Assembly: GCA_963756075.1 (NCBI GenBank)
Contig: CAVWMH010000006.1
Coordinates: forward strand, 51,845 to 115,844
Source: Candidatus Dormiibacterota bacterium
GTDB lineage: Bacteria > Chloroflexota > Dormibacteria > Aeolococcales > Aeolococcaceae
Direction of reading: 5' to 3'
Length of the DNA: 64,000 nucleotides
Shown: positions 1 to 11,151 of the stretch, piece by piece
Layout of the letters: every line of letters starts with the position of its first letter
How positions within the stretch are numbered: the stretch's first letter is position 1
Made by a program: the position numbers and the translations under genes
Notes under the pieces: model-generated
The model's input: only the letters and a program-made list of their open reading frames with translations
The model's database searches: none
Told to the model about the DNA's origin: nothing

Positions 1-74
1 CTGCAAAACACGAACACACCCCTTTGGGTTGCTGATACTCGGCGCCCGCAAGTTGCAGTGCGAAGGAGATCCTC

Positions 75-1196
75 ATGAACCGGTCGAGATCAGCGATGCG
101 ACGTCGGCTGCGTGCTGGTTCGATGGCCATCGGGACGTCGATAGCCCTGCTGTCCGTTGTGGGCGCAGCCGCCGGACGCAGCGTTGTGAGTGACCCCGGG
201 ATGCTTCCCGGCACGATCTTTGTTGCGAGCCCGCCCGCCGGGGCCACCGGGCCCGACGACATCACCCGGCTTGCAACACCCGGGGTCGACAGGGGGCGCG
301 CGCTCATCTGGACGGCGTACCAGAATGGGATCAACCCGGATGGGACGCCTGGGACGCCGGGCGGACCGACCAAGAGCGCGATCGCCGGCTACGATCCGAT
401 CGACGGAACGCTGGTCAAGACGATCTGGGTGACAGGAAAGGCTGACGGGCTCACTGCTGACCCGGGCATCCACCGTCTGGTCGTCACCGTCAACGAGGAC
501 AAGAATTCGGCGCTGTATCTGATCAACGCCGGCACCGGAGAGGCGACCCGGTTCCGCTACGAACCGTCGCCCGCTGAGAACGGCAACGGTGGCACCGACA
601 GCATCGCGATATGGGGCGGCCGTATCGTGCTCGCACACTCCAACCCCAACGACACCGAGGAGGTGACCGACTACACGGTGGACCTCGATCGCGCATCGCG
701 GATTGCGCATCTCCGCGCGCTCTTCTCCGATGACAGCAGGGCTGTCGATGCGCTCACACACACGACCGTGACGCTGGCACTGACCGATCCCGATACCAAC
801 GGCGTCATTCCCGATGCGGCTCCGCGATTCGCCGGTCAGCTCGCAACCATCAGCCAGGCAGACGGTCAGATCGTCTTCGCATCCATCCGGCACGGCGATC
901 GGGACCTGACAGTGCTCAACGTCACCGACAACGTCGCCGGAAACATCCCGCCAATCGATGGGCTCGCAACCGCGACCGCCGAGCGCGGCACACTCTTCGT
1001 CGTGGATGCGAAGGCCGGTACGATCACTGCACTGACGACCGACGGTTGGCCTGCAGGGACCGTCTTCGTCGGCGAGCCGAGCGACAACGGCAATCCGCTG
1101 ATCGGCACACTCAACCTGTTCACGGGCCAGATCACCCCGCTCTCCAACGCGTTCCTCAGTCCGAAGGGATTGCTGTTCGTCCCTGCTGATTCATGA
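75..1196 (+). CDS. Secreted hypothetical protein, probable beta-propeller (NHL/YVTN-like)
   Basis: RBS AAGGAG upstream; Arg-rich N-terminus plus hydrophobic signal peptide; beta-rich repeats (GPDDI, KADGL, GTDSI, PIDGL, SPKGL). Confidence 0.65.
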   Translation: MNRSRSAMRRRLRAGSMAIGTSIALLSVVGAAAGRSVVSDPGMLPGTIFVASPPAGATGPDDITRLATPGVDRGRALIWTAYQNGINPDGTPGTPGGPTKSAIAGYDPIDGTLVKTIWVTGKADGLTADPGIHRLVVTVNEDKNSALYLINAGTGEATRFRYEPSPAENGNGGTDSIAIWGGRIVLAHSNPNDTEEVTDYTVDLDRASRIAHLRALFSDDSRAVDALTHTTVTLALTDPDTNGVIPDAAPRFAGQLATISQADGQIVFASIRHGDRDLTVLNVTDNVAGNIPPIDGLATATAERGTLFVVDAKAGTITALTTDGWPAGTVFVGEPSDNGNPLIGTLNLFTGQITPLSNAFLSPKGLLFVPADS

Positions 1197-1259
1197 CGTG
1201 GACCTCGCGTCCCGACGTAGCGGCCAGAGCAAAAGCGCCGTCAACGTGACGTGCAACCC

Positions 1260-1688
1260 TCACGTCGGGCACGCGGCAATCTTGAGTTGCCCGTGCTGGG
1301 TCTCGTTTCCGACGGCATCCTTGAACTCGTACGTATAGGTGCCCGCGGTGAGAGGACCGAACTCGCCGCTCGTGTTGGTGGGGTTCACCACGATGCCACC
1401 CGGTGAGATGAGCAGCTCCCACGTTGCGCCTGCGCCCTTCCACGAGACGCTGCCACCCTGAGCGGTGCCAACCACGTCGCACCTGGTGGTGAGGACTACC
1501 GTCGGAGTGGGGGTGGCGGTGGGCGCCGGAGTCGGCGTGGCAGTCGGCACCGGCGTGGCCGTCGGACCGGGTGTCGGAATCGGCGTCTGCAGGGGAGTGG
1601 GGGTGGGGCTCGCAGCCGGCGTGCTCCCGCAGGCGGCCAGTGCGCTGCCGAAGAGCAGCAGGAGTGCGAAGCGTGTCGTCGTGGTCAT
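1260..1688 (-). CDS. Lipoprotein with Pro/Thr-rich linker
   Basis: Signal peptide with lipobox LAAC; long (PT)n linker; small C-terminal beta domain with two Cys. Confidence 0.75.
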   Translation of the reverse strand: MTTTTRFALLLLFGSALAACGSTPAASPTPTPLQTPIPTPGPTATPVPTATPTPAPTATPTPTVVLTTRCDVVGTAQGGSVSWKGAGATWELLISPGGIVVNPTNTSGEFGPLTAGTYTYEFKDAVGNETQHGQLKIAACPT

Positions 1689-1821
1689 CGTGGCTCCATA
1701 ACGGGCTCCGCCAATCCCGTAGCGATTATTTGCCTCGTCGTGGACGGGGTTGTTAAGGCGTGAACCGGTAGCGGAGACATCTCGTTACGAATTGATCTGC
1801 GGAAAGCGAAGCCGGCGCCGC

Positions 1822-2609
1822 TCAGCCGGACGTCTGCTCCATCACCCAGCGATAGCGGGGATCGATGAACACGCGCATGGCGCGCTCCTCCCCGGCGAGG
1901 ATCCAGAGATAGTAGAGACCGTGACCTGGCGCCGCCACGAGCGGATGGAAGCCGGAGGTGATCGCCGCCGCGTCGCCGTCGCGCACCATGCGCAGCGTTT
2001 TCCGGTCCGCCGTCGGTGTCGTATCGAACCTGCACCGCAAAGCCGTTGGCCGGATGCACGCGGTAGTAGTAGACCTCCTCAAGCCGCGCCTCCTCTGGCA
2101 ACTCCCGATCGTGCCGATGGGGTGGGAAGGACGACCACGTTCCGGTGCCGGTGTGCACCGTCTCACCGACGATGAGTCGCGAGGCGGGATCATCCGGTCC
2201 GAGGATGGTCCGGACCGTCCGGCCCCAACTGTCGCGTCCGACCACGACCTCGCGTTGCGTCGCGCCTGCGATCAAGCGTGCCGGGCCAGATGGCAGCGAG
2301 CCGGCGGGTGCGGCGGCGACGGCCATCGTGAATTCGGTTCCATCGCCGTCTCCTTCCGGCATCAGCACCACTGACGACGCCGGCGGGAGATAGACGGCGT
2401 CGCCCGCACCCTCGAAGACGTCCGATCGCCCGCCCACAGCACCGAAATCCTGGCCGTCAACCGTGGCGGTCGCACGCCCGGAGAGGATGACAGCCAGCCG
2501 TTCGTCTCCGGGACCGAGCACGATCGATTCTCCCGGCTGCGCCGCAACCAGGTCGAGCGAGATGTGTTCGGTCTGTTCGCCGGCACGGATCAAGGACGTG
2601 AGGTTGATC
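1822..2609 (-). CDS. iolB: 5-deoxy-glucuronate isomerase (IolB/KduI family), frameshifted near 2000; start uncertain
   Basis: Motifs GGRSDVF, LIVGE, WSSFPPHRHD, LEEVYYY in one frame; continues VRDGD..GFHP.VAAPGHGLYYLWILAG in the adjacent frame. Confidence 0.8.
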
Positions 2610-2613
2610 GCGC

Positions 2614-3715
2614 CTACCCCCGAGCGGGGTCGGGGATCAACACGTCGCGCACGAAGGCGTTCAAGTCGCCGCATGCTGCGCAGAACTGGCGCAGCGTGTT
2701 CCGGGTCGCGCCGAAAAAGTCGAACTCCTCGACGCTGAGCCCGTGCTCCGTGTAGGCGCGGCGGAAGTCCTCGAAGTGCGCGAGCAGTCCGTTCACCACC
2801 CTTGGATCCACCGGGATGTCGATGCGCGGGATCACCTCGATGTCGCTCGCGTTGATGCGCTTCTGCCATGCGGACGTCGGCGAGACCACAGCATCGGCGC
2901 CGATGAATTCGCTCCAGTGCATGTGGTTGCGAAACGCAGCGGAGAGCAGCCGGATCCTATACCCGCGCTCACGAAAGATCGCGTACGTCTTCTTGAAGAC
3001 CGCCACGCCGGCCCACTCGAGATACCCGGGATCGATCGCGATCCGCTCTCGCTCCATCACCACCCGGAGCCAGTCGTCGAGACGGCCGACCATGATCGTG
3101 CAGACCGGGCCCATCGACGCGATGTCCTTGCCCTCATGTTCCCGACGGCGCAGCCCGCGCTCGACCGCCTCGGCAACCGCGATGCACTGGGGGAGCGTGA
3201 AACAGACAGTCGCGTTGATGCTGACTCCCTGGTGCGTCGCCTCCTCGATGGCGGGGATCCCGGCGCGGGTCACTGGAATCTTCACGATCATGTTCGGAGC
3301 GAGGCGGCTGAACGTGAGTGCCTGCTCGACGATCGCGTCACTGTCGCGAAAGAACCGCGGATCGGTCTGGATCGAGAGGCGGCCGTTGCGCCCGCCGTGT
3401 GTTTCGAAGATCGGTTCAAGGAGCTTCGCCGCTCGGATCGAGAGTTCCTCGACGAGTTTCCAGGCGATGGTGTCCTCGGTGGCCGTGGGGAGCTCGTGAA
3501 GCAGCGCTTCAGTGCGCGGCCGCCATGTGGCCGCGTCACCCGCGAGCACCGCCAATGCGATCACCGGATTGCAGGTTGCCCCGACGGCCCCGTGCTCGAT
3601 CGCGTAGACGAGCTCGTCGATCGCGGCCGAGTTCGTTCCAGAGACGCGTCGGCGTCGTCTGGGTCATCTTGTGGAGCGGGCTGCGGTACGTGACGATCGT
3701 CTCGGCGCTGGTCAT
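2614..3715 (-). CDS. Transaldolase-family protein, frameshifted near 3630
   Basis: N-terminal TRLWN, then GATCNP, GRLSIQTDP, MIVKIP (Schiff-base Lys), SINATVCF, MVGRLDD, LSAAFR. Confidence 0.85.
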
Positions 3716-3828
3716 CGCTCCCACGAGCCTACTCCCACGCGCACCCGCGCTCGCGGCGCAGCGCCCGGCGGATCTCGGCGGCCGGGCTGACCGGCGTCCG
3801 CGCGATCACCGCACGCTAGGATCGGGAC

Positions 3829-4386
3829 GTGCTCGCCTGGATGGACCTGGAGATGACCGGTCTCGACCCGGCACGCCATGTCATCGTCGAGATCGCGACG
3901 CTGCTGACCGACGACGAGCTCAGGCTGATCGCGGAGGGTCCGGACATCGTCGTGCACGCGACAACCGAAGAGCTCGAGGGCATGGACGACGTGGTGCGAT
4001 CCATGCACACGAAATCCGGGCTCCTGCAAGCGATCCAGTCGTCGCGCGTCTCACGTGCCGAGGCCGGCGACCGGACCCTGCAATTTCTTCGCGCTCACAT
4101 CAGCACGCCACGTTCGGTGCCGCTGTGCGGCAACTCGATCGGCACAGACCGGCGCTTCCTGACGGCGCAGCTGCCTGAGATCGAGAACTTTCTGCACTAC
4201 CGCTCCATCGACGTGTCAAGCGTCAAGGAGCTCTGCCGGCGCTGGTATCCCGAGGTGCTCGCCGATGCACCTCCCAAGCAGGAGGTGCATCGAGCGCTGG
4301 ACGACATCAGGGAGTCGATCGCCGAGCTCGCGTACTACCGATCAACCATCTTCATCGACGGGATCACGCCTCAACCGCCGTCGTAG
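3829..4386 (+). CDS. orn: Oligoribonuclease
   Basis: WMDLEMTGLD, MHTKSGL, CGNSIGTDRRFL, HYRSIDVSSVKEL, HRALDDIRESI; TAGGAT lies 6 nt before the GTG (leaderless). Confidence 0.96.
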   Translation: MLAWMDLEMTGLDPARHVIVEIATLLTDDELRLIAEGPDIVVHATTEELEGMDDVVRSMHTKSGLLQAIQSSRVSRAEAGDRTLQFLRAHISTPRSVPLCGNSIGTDRRFLTAQLPEIENFLHYRSIDVSSVKELCRRWYPEVLADAPPKQEVHRALDDIRESIAELAYYRSTIFIDGITPQPPS

Positions 4387-5872
4387 ACGTCGCGTCCAGG
4401 TCGCGCACCCACGCGGGCACAGCGGCGGCGCGGGCGGCTGCACGCCGCCCGCGGATCGCCACCACCAGGACGAGCACTGTCGCGCATACGAACACCGTCG
4501 CTGCGATGAACGCGTGATCGGCTCCAACTACGAACGCATGCTGCGCGGCGGCAACCGACTGCACGGCGGCCCCGCGTGCGGCGGTTCCGAAAACCGAGAC
4601 CAGCACAGCGAGTCCCAGCGCACCACCCAGCTGCTGCATCACGTTGACGAGCCCAGACGCCGCGCCGGCATCCTCCTGGCGGACCCCGCTCAGCGATGTC
4701 GAGGTGAGCGGCACGAACGCGAGCCCGTTGCCGGCGCCGAACAGCATCAGTGGCGCGAACAACGAGAGGTAACTGCTCGAAGCTGACAGCTGGGTCAGCA
4801 GCAGGATGCCGATCGTCGACACGGAGAACCCGAACACCATCACCGGCTTGGCGCCGAACCGCTGGACGAGCACCCGCGCGCTGAGCTGCGACATGGCGAA
4901 CAGCGCCAAAGTGAACGGGAGGAACGCCAGGCCGCTCTTGATGGGGCTGTAGTGCAGCACCTCCTGGAGGAACTGGGTGAGGAAGAAGAACATCCCGAAC
5001 ATGCCGGCAGTGAGGAAGAGCCTCGCGATATACGACGCGCTGCGGCTGCGGTCAGCGAAGAGCCGCAGGGGCGTGATCGGCTCCGATGCACGGCGCTCGA
5101 GCAGGACGAACGTCGCCAGCAGGACGGCACCGACGGCGAACGCGCCCACGGTCAGCATGTCACCCCACCCGGAGGTGGCGGCTCGCACGAACGCGTACGC
5201 CAGCGCGGTGACACCGACGGTCGAGGCCAGCGCCCCGCGAACATCGAAGTGGCCGTTGCGGCTGGGCGTCTCGGTGAGCAGGCGGCGGGCCAGCGCGATG
5301 ACCACCAGGCCGATCGGCACGTTGACGAACAGCACCCATCGCCAGGACGCCCACTGGGTGAGCAGACCCCCGAGGATCAGGCCGATGGCGCCGCCACCGA
5401 TCGACACGGCGGTGTACCAGCCGATCGCGCGGACGCGCTCCTGTCCGTCCTGGAACATGGTCATGAGCAACGCCAGCGCAGAGGGCGCAGCCAGTGCTCC
5501 GCCAATCCCCTGCAGCGCGCGTGCAGCCAGGAGCCAGCCGCTCCATGGGGCCACACCGCCGAGGAAGGACGCGGCGGTGAAGAGCGCGATGCCGGCGATG
5601 AACACGCGACGGCGACCGAGCAGGTCACCCGCGCGGGCGCCGAGGAGCAGGAAGCCGCCGAAGGCCAGCGTGTACGCGGTGATGACCCACGAGAGGTTCG
5701 CAGGCGAGAAGTGGAGTGCGCCGGCGATGTCGGGCAGCGCGATGTTCACGATGGTGGCGTCGAGCACGACCATCAACTGGACGGCAAGGATGATCGCGAG
5801 CACCAGGCCCCTGCGGGGCCGGTGCCGAGTGGCCCTGCCGGGCGGGGCGACGAGAGTGGCGGTGGATTGCAT
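4364..5872 (-). CDS. DHA2 (EmrB/QacA) 14-TM MFS efflux transporter
   Basis: MVVLDATIVNIALP, WVITAYTL, GARAGDLLGRRR, WRWVLFVNVPIG motifs. Confidence 0.93.
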   Translation of the reverse strand: MQSTATLVAPPGRATRHRPRRGLVLAIILAVQLMVVLDATIVNIALPDIAGALHFSPANLSWVITAYTLAFGGFLLLGARAGDLLGRRRVFIAGIALFTAASFLGGVAPWSGWLLAARALQGIGGALAAPSALALLMTMFQDGQERVRAIGWYTAVSIGGGAIGLILGGLLTQWASWRWVLFVNVPIGLVVIALARRLLTETPSRNGHFDVRGALASTVGVTALAYAFVRAATSGWGDMLTVGAFAVGAVLLATFVLLERRASEPITPLRLFADRSRSASYIARLFLTAGMFGMFFFLTQFLQEVLHYSPIKSGLAFLPFTLALFAMSQLSARVLVQRFGAKPVMVFGFSVSTIGILLLTQLSASSSYLSLFAPLMLFGAGNGLAFVPLTSTSLSGVRQEDAGAASGLVNVMQQLGGALGLAVLVSVFGTAARGAAVQSVAAAQHAFVVGADHAFIAATVFVCATVLVLVVAIRGRRAAARAAAVPAWVRDLDATSTTAVEA

Positions 5873-5901
5873 TAGGGACCTCCGTGGGGTAGACTGAGGA
5901 A

Positions 5902-5941
5902 ACGGACGCTTCCTCCGGTAGTATACGGAGGCTCCCTCCGT
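5902..5941. promoter_or_regulatory. Tandem palindromic operators, probable TetR binding sites
   Basis: ACGGAGG-CTC-CCTCCGT (5925-5941, perfect 7-3-7) and near-copy ACGGACG-CTT-CCTCCGG (5902-5918) between divergent MFS and TetR genes. Confidence 0.75.
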
Positions 5942-5967
5942 TTTGCAACTTAAGGTTTGGTGATCCA

Positions 5968-6630
5968 GTGGTGGCACATGACGTGGCGGTGGCCGAGAGC
6001 GAGGCGATGGAGCCCGCCGAAGCGACGTCCGCAGATCGCCGCCCCCGCGCCGATGCGGTCCGCAACCGCGATCTGCTGATCACGGCGGCAGCCGAGGCCT
6101 TCGCCGCCCGGGGCGCCGATGTGCCCCTCGAGGACATCGCCCGGAACGCCGGCGTCGGCATCGGCACCCTCTACCGGCACTTCCCGACGCGCGAGTCGCT
6201 GGTCGAGGCGGTGTACCGCCACGAGGTCGACGTGCTCTGCGAGCGGGCGGATCAGCTTCTCGAGTCGATGCCACCCGAACAGGCGCTGGCGGAGTGGATG
6301 CAGCTGTTCGTGGTCCACGTGGCCACCAAGCGGGGCATGCTCTCCCTGCTCAAGCCGATGCTCAGCACCAACCCCAACTTCTCCGTCCAGACCCGTGGGC
6401 GTGCCACTGCGGCTGCGACCAAGCTCCTCGAGGCCGGCGTCGCCGCAGGGACGATCCGCGCCGATGTCAACGGAGGGGATCTGCTCCGCGCCGTGGGCGG
6501 CATCTGCATGTCGACGGACCAGGAGCGGTCAGCGGCATCCGAGCGCCTGGTGGGTCTTCTTTTCGACGGCCTCCGCCACGGCGCAGCGGGCTCACCGAGC
6601 GCGACGCTTCCGGGAGACGCGTCAGCCTAA
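5968..6630 (+). CDS. TetR/AcrR family transcriptional regulator
   Basis: RADAVRNR..., LEDIARNAGVGIGTLYRHFPTRE HTH; alternative start at 6007. Confidence 0.93.
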   Translation: MVAHDVAVAESEAMEPAEATSADRRPRADAVRNRDLLITAAAEAFAARGADVPLEDIARNAGVGIGTLYRHFPTRESLVEAVYRHEVDVLCERADQLLESMPPEQALAEWMQLFVVHVATKRGMLSLLKPMLSTNPNFSVQTRGRATAAATKLLEAGVAAGTIRADVNGGDLLRAVGGICMSTDQERSAASERLVGLLFDGLRHGAAGSPSATLPGDASA

Positions 6631-6658
6631 GACGCAGTCCTCGCGCGGAGCCGCGAGC

Positions 6659-6701
6659 GCAACCAGGCTGCATGGAACCTGCAATCGGGGGTGCGCAGCA
6701 T
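6659..6701 (+). promoter_or_regulatory. SARP-type direct repeats (11-bp phase) plus -10 box upstream of the cupin gene
   Basis: GCAACC (6659), GCATGG (6670), GCAATC (6681), then CAGCAT at 6696-6701. Confidence 0.6.
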
Positions 6702-6752
6702 GCCTCCCGAGGCACCACTGATGGTGCCAAGCGGATTCACAGGAGGCATGCG

Positions 6753-7118
6753 ATGCCAACGACAGTCTCGGCGGAACACAAAACTCTGAGCAGCCCCGAC
6801 GAGGAGCGGGTCTTCGAGAAGGGACGGGTTGATCTCGTCACTATCGGCGGTGGCACGGTCGGGCGACTGACCCTGGAGCCCGGGTGGCGGTGGTCGGTGC
6901 ACGTCAAGCCGATCGCCGGGACCGAGCTCTGCGAGGCGCCGCACTTTCAGTACCACGCCTCGGGCGTGCTGCGCATCCAGATGGCCGACGGCAGCGAATT
7001 CGATGCACGCACGGGCGACATCACCGCTCTGCCATCGGGCCACGACGCATGGGTCATCGGCGACGAGCCGGTTGTGCTCATCGACTGGAACGGCGCGAGC
7101 AACTACGGCAAGGCCTGA
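6753..7118 (+). CDS. Cupin domain protein
   Basis: RBS AGGAGG at 6741; LEPGWRWS.HVKP, CEAPH and PSGHDAWV motifs. Confidence 0.88.
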   Translation: MPTTVSAEHKTLSSPDEERVFEKGRVDLVTIGGGTVGRLTLEPGWRWSVHVKPIAGTELCEAPHFQYHASGVLRIQMADGSEFDARTGDITALPSGHDAWVIGDEPVVLIDWNGASNYGKA

Positions 7119-7173
7119 TCCGGCGCTGTACATGCCCCCCTCGGGCGGACCGGCGGCACGTATCCTAGGTGCC

Positions 7174-10100
7174 GTGGTCCGCGCCGAGGCGCCGCCGTCG
7201 GTGCGCCCGGTCTCGCCGCCGGACGCGGTGCGAATCCGCGTCATCGACGGGTTGTCAGTTGAAGGGTTCGCCGAGCACGAGCTCGGCAGCCGCAAAGCGC
7301 GGCTCGCGCTGCGGGTCCTCGGCATCGCGCAGGGACGGCCGGTGAGCATCGAGCGTCTGGCCGACGTCCTCTGGGTCGATGACCAGCCGCGAGACCCGCC
7401 GGCGCAACTGGCGGTGATCATGAGCCGGCTGCGGAGCGTCCTGGGGCCAGCGCGTATCACCCACAGTGATTCGGGGTACGCGCTGCACGCCGACTGGGTG
7501 GATCTCGCTGCGGCGTCGGAACTCGCATCCGAGGCGGATCGGCGTTTGCAGGAGAACGAGACTGCGCCTGCGCTGGCTGCGGCGATGGCCGCGCGAGCGC
7601 TGCTCGCTCATCCCGCGCTCGACGACGAAGCATGGCCTGGGGAGGAACGTCGTGCCGTCGAGCGGCTCTGTGCACGAGCCCGGCACCTCGTCGCCCGCGC
7701 GGCACTTGCTGCCGGGGATCTCGCCACCGGTGTCGAGGCTGCCGAGCAGGCTCTCGACGAGGACGCGTACGACGAGGAATCGTTGCGACTGGTGATGGCG
7801 GCACTGGCTGCGCAGGGCAGGTCCTCATCGGCACTGGCGATGTACGAGCGCATGCGTGCCAGGCTCGCTGACGAGCTGGGCACATCGCCATCCGAGCAGA
7901 CCGACGCTGCGCACGTCGCGCTGCTCAAGGGGCTCGCCGTTCCCGGCATCGTCGTCGCGTCCCCCCAGTCGCGCCCCCACCGACAGGGTGGCGGAACGGA
8001 CCTGCCCGGGCGAGAGGACGAGTTGCGGGTGCTCGACGAGGCGTTTGTCCGCGTGCAGACGGGCTCCCCTGTGGCCGTGGTCATCGAGGGTGAGCCTGGT
8101 ATCGGCAAGACCGCAGTGGCCGCGGCGTGGATCGATCGCCTCGACGCGGGGACCGTCGTCCTCACCGCGCGCTGCGACCAGCTGAGCAGGTCGTTGCCGC
8201 TCCAGCCCGTCCTGCAGATGATCCGCAACCATCTCCGCAGAGTCGGCGCGGACATGGGCCGGGAGCTACTCGGCGGCGACGCATCGCTGCTCGAAGCGAT
8301 GCTCGACTGGACGTCGATCGAGACCGAGCCGCTCGGCGACATCACCCAAACGCAGACATCGTCGCTCGCGGGTCTCGCCGTTGCGTTCGCAGCATTGCGA
8401 CGGGTCGTGCGGCGGGCGTGCTCATCACCGGCCGTGCTCTTCGTCGACGACATCCAGCGTGCCGACCCGCTCACGTGGGCCTGGATCGACGACCTGGTCA
8501 CGAGCCCGGACATCCCGCTGCTGGTGCTCCTCACCCGCCGAACCGGTGAAGGAGAGGTACCGCCTCAGGCGATGCGTCTCCCGCTGTCGCCACTCTCGCT
8601 CGAGGCTGCACGAAAGATCGTGGGGGAAGAGCATGCACGCCGGCTTCACGAGCGCAGTGGCGGCAATGCACTGTTTCTGACCCAGCTCGCGTCCAGCGAC
8701 GAGCGCGCCGCGCCGCCGGAGTCCATCCAGGCGGCGGTACTGGACCGCTGCGCGGAGGCCGGCCCGGCGGCGCGGACGTTGACGAGCGCGGCCGTCCTCG
8801 GGGCTTCCATCGACATCGACGTGCTCGCGGCTGTGCTCCGAACCGATCCCATCCGCCTGCTCGAAGACCTCGATGTGGGTGTGCGCCTCGGGTTGCTCGA
8901 GGCGCGCGACGGCGGGTATGCCTTCCGCCACGCGGTCGTGCGCGAGGTCCTCGACGCGTCCACCGCGTCGCCTCGGCGTTCACTCCTTCACCGCGAAGCC
9001 GCACGCGTGTTATCGACGAGGCCGGCTGCGGATCCCCTGCTCGTCGCGCACCACGCGAGGCTCAGTGGCGCCAGGTCACTCGCATCGTCGGCGCTCACCG
9101 CAGCGAGCCGCATCGCCGCCGACCGCTTCGACTACGCGACTGCGCTGGATCTGGCCACCGAAGCCATCGAAGCCGATGACACGCCAGACGCCCGGGTGCA
9201 GCGCGCGATCGTCCAGCTGCGGCTCAATCGGTTCGATGCCGCGCAATCGGATGCGCTGATCGCGGTCGAGAGCGCCGCCGATTCGCGAGCGCTCGAGGTC
9301 GCGGGCTCAGTTGCCTATTACTGCAAGGATTTCCAACGCGCGGCGGCACTCGGCGAGGCGCTCATCCAGCAGGCGAGCGACCCAGCACAGCGGTTGCAGG
9401 GACAGGTGATCCGCGCTCGAGCGCTGCACGCGATCGGCGATGTCGCAGGTGCGGACGACGTGCTGGAGAGTGCGATGGCCGCGTCCCGCAAGCACCGTCT
9501 TCGCCCGCCCACGTCGATATACGCGTTCCTGAAGGTGCACATGGGCGAAGCGGGGCTCGCGATCAGCGCCATCGAGGCAAGCCCGGCGGCGGCGGTCGAT
9601 GCCGGGTCCACCATCTACACGCCGGTGCACGCGTATCTTGCCCACGGGTACGCGCTGGCGACCTGTGGTCGCGCCGGTGAAGCCCTTGGTGTCCTCGAGC
9701 GCGGGACGGCGGAGGGGCGGCGGCGCGGCCTGACGCGGTATGCGGCGTTGGGCGTGAACATCGGCGCCTGGGTGCTGTCGCAACATCGGCGAGGTCGCTC
9801 TCGCTCGTGAACGCAATGCGGCCGCGCTCGAGGGTGCGCGCGATTCGGGATTCCGGGAGCAGGAGGTCTACGCCGTACTCGCCCCCTGCGACGACGCGAT
9901 CGCTGCCGGCGACCTCCGCGCAGCGAGCCATGCGATTGATGCCGGACGGACCCTGATGGAGGACGCGTACGCGTACCGGTGGCGCCACGAGTTGCGTCTC
10001 GATGTCCTCGAGGGACGGCTCGCGCTGCTGCGGGGCGATCCGGATGGTGCGCTCGTCCTGGCACAACAACTCATCGCGACAGCGACCGCCCGCTACGCAC

Positions 10101-10402
10101 CGCGATATGCGCAGCTTGGCGAGCTGATACGCCTGCAGGCGCGCGCTGCGCTCGAAGCCGAGCCGCCGCCCGACGATGCCCTCGCGGAGCTGAGCTCGTC
10201 GCTGTCCGCCGTCGCCGGGGTTGAGGCGTGGTGGCTGATGGCGGACCTCGGTACCTGGCTCCGGTCCGACGTGTGCTTCGAGCTTGCTGCTGCGCACCGC
10301 GACCGGCTCGCCGGCCACCTCGACGCGTCCGCTCGCGCGGTGTTTCTCGACTACGCCGGGGCGCGACTCGAGAGCACGAGGAGGCGCGGCCGTACCGGCT
10401 GA
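7174..10402 (+). CDS. SARP/BTAD - AAA (STAND) ATPase - TPR-like transcriptional regulator, frameshifted near 9780
   Basis: N-terminal wHTH+BTAD (LADVLW, YDEESLRL, LADELGTSPS), Walker A GEPGIGKT, VDDIQRAD, SGGNALF, FRHAVVRE; helical C-terminus continues in the 9956-10402 frame; TATCCT lies 7 nt before GTG 7174. Confidence 0.85.
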
Positions 10403-11151
10403 CCGCGCTCGCGTACTGCGGCGACGGCTCGGGTGATGAACTCTGTGCGCCGGGATTCGGGCAGCGACGCAACGAAGGGCGCGATGTGCGCAAGTCCGGT
10501 GCGATATGCCGTGATGGCCTCGGGCTCGTCGAGCCCGGAGTCCACGGTGACGTCGGCGATCTCGATGTCCACCAGGCCGGCGGACTCGGCGCAGCGCCTG
10601 AGCAGCGGGGGCGTATTCGATAGTGGCTCGGTACGGGTCTTGAGTGCGATGTACCAACTCGGTAGCACATACCCACAGTCCCGAGCGACCTCGTCGACCG
10701 CGTCCTTTGATGCGCCGGCGGGCGCTGCACCGAAGACTGCGGCGATCACCCGGCCGCCTGGTCGCACCACGCGCCGCATCTCCGCCAGCGCGCGGTCAGG
10801 GTCGTCGATGTGCGAGATCGCGAACCCGCTGACGGCGGCGTCGAGCCGGCCATCGCTGAGGGGCAACGCGCACATGTCGCCAACCAGCGCGAGGGCGGTC
10901 GCATCACCGATCAGGCCGAGCATGTCACGCGACGTGTCGACCGCGACGGGGATCGCCTCCGCCACTCGAAGCGCGCGGCAGAGCGCGCCGGTCCCGGCGC
11001 CGACGTCCAGCACGATCGCACCTCGAAGCTCGGGCGCGACGCTCTCGATGGTGACCGTTGCCAGCTTGTCGTACAGCGCTGCCGGTCCCCGAGCCCATGC
11101 CGTTGCGACGCCCTCGTAGGCGTTGCGCGGTTCGAGGTCTACGGCAGCCAT
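10351..11151 (-). CDS. Class I SAM-dependent methyltransferase
   Basis: VLDVGAGTG motif I, GDMCALP, AEMRRVVRPGG; own ATG at 11151. Confidence 0.85.
   Translation of the reverse strand: MAAVDLEPRNAYEGVATAWARGPAALYDKLATVTIESVAPELRGAIVLDVGAGTGALCRALRVAEAIPVAVDTSRDMLGLIGDATALALVGDMCALPLSDGRLDAAVSGFAISHIDDPDRALAEMRRVVRPGGRVIAAVFGAAPAGASKDAVDEVARDCGYVLPSWYIALKTRTEPLSNTPPLLRRCAESAGLVDIEIADVTVDSGLDEPEAITAYRTGLAHIAPFVASLPESRRTEFITRAVAAVRERGQPVRPRLLVLSSRAPA

Noticed and set aside
1490-1625. Repetitive GC-rich tracts here and at 46110-46280 as tandem repeats or CRISPR
   Set aside because: They encode Pro/Thr/Ser linkers, with no constant repeat-spacer pattern and no cas genes.
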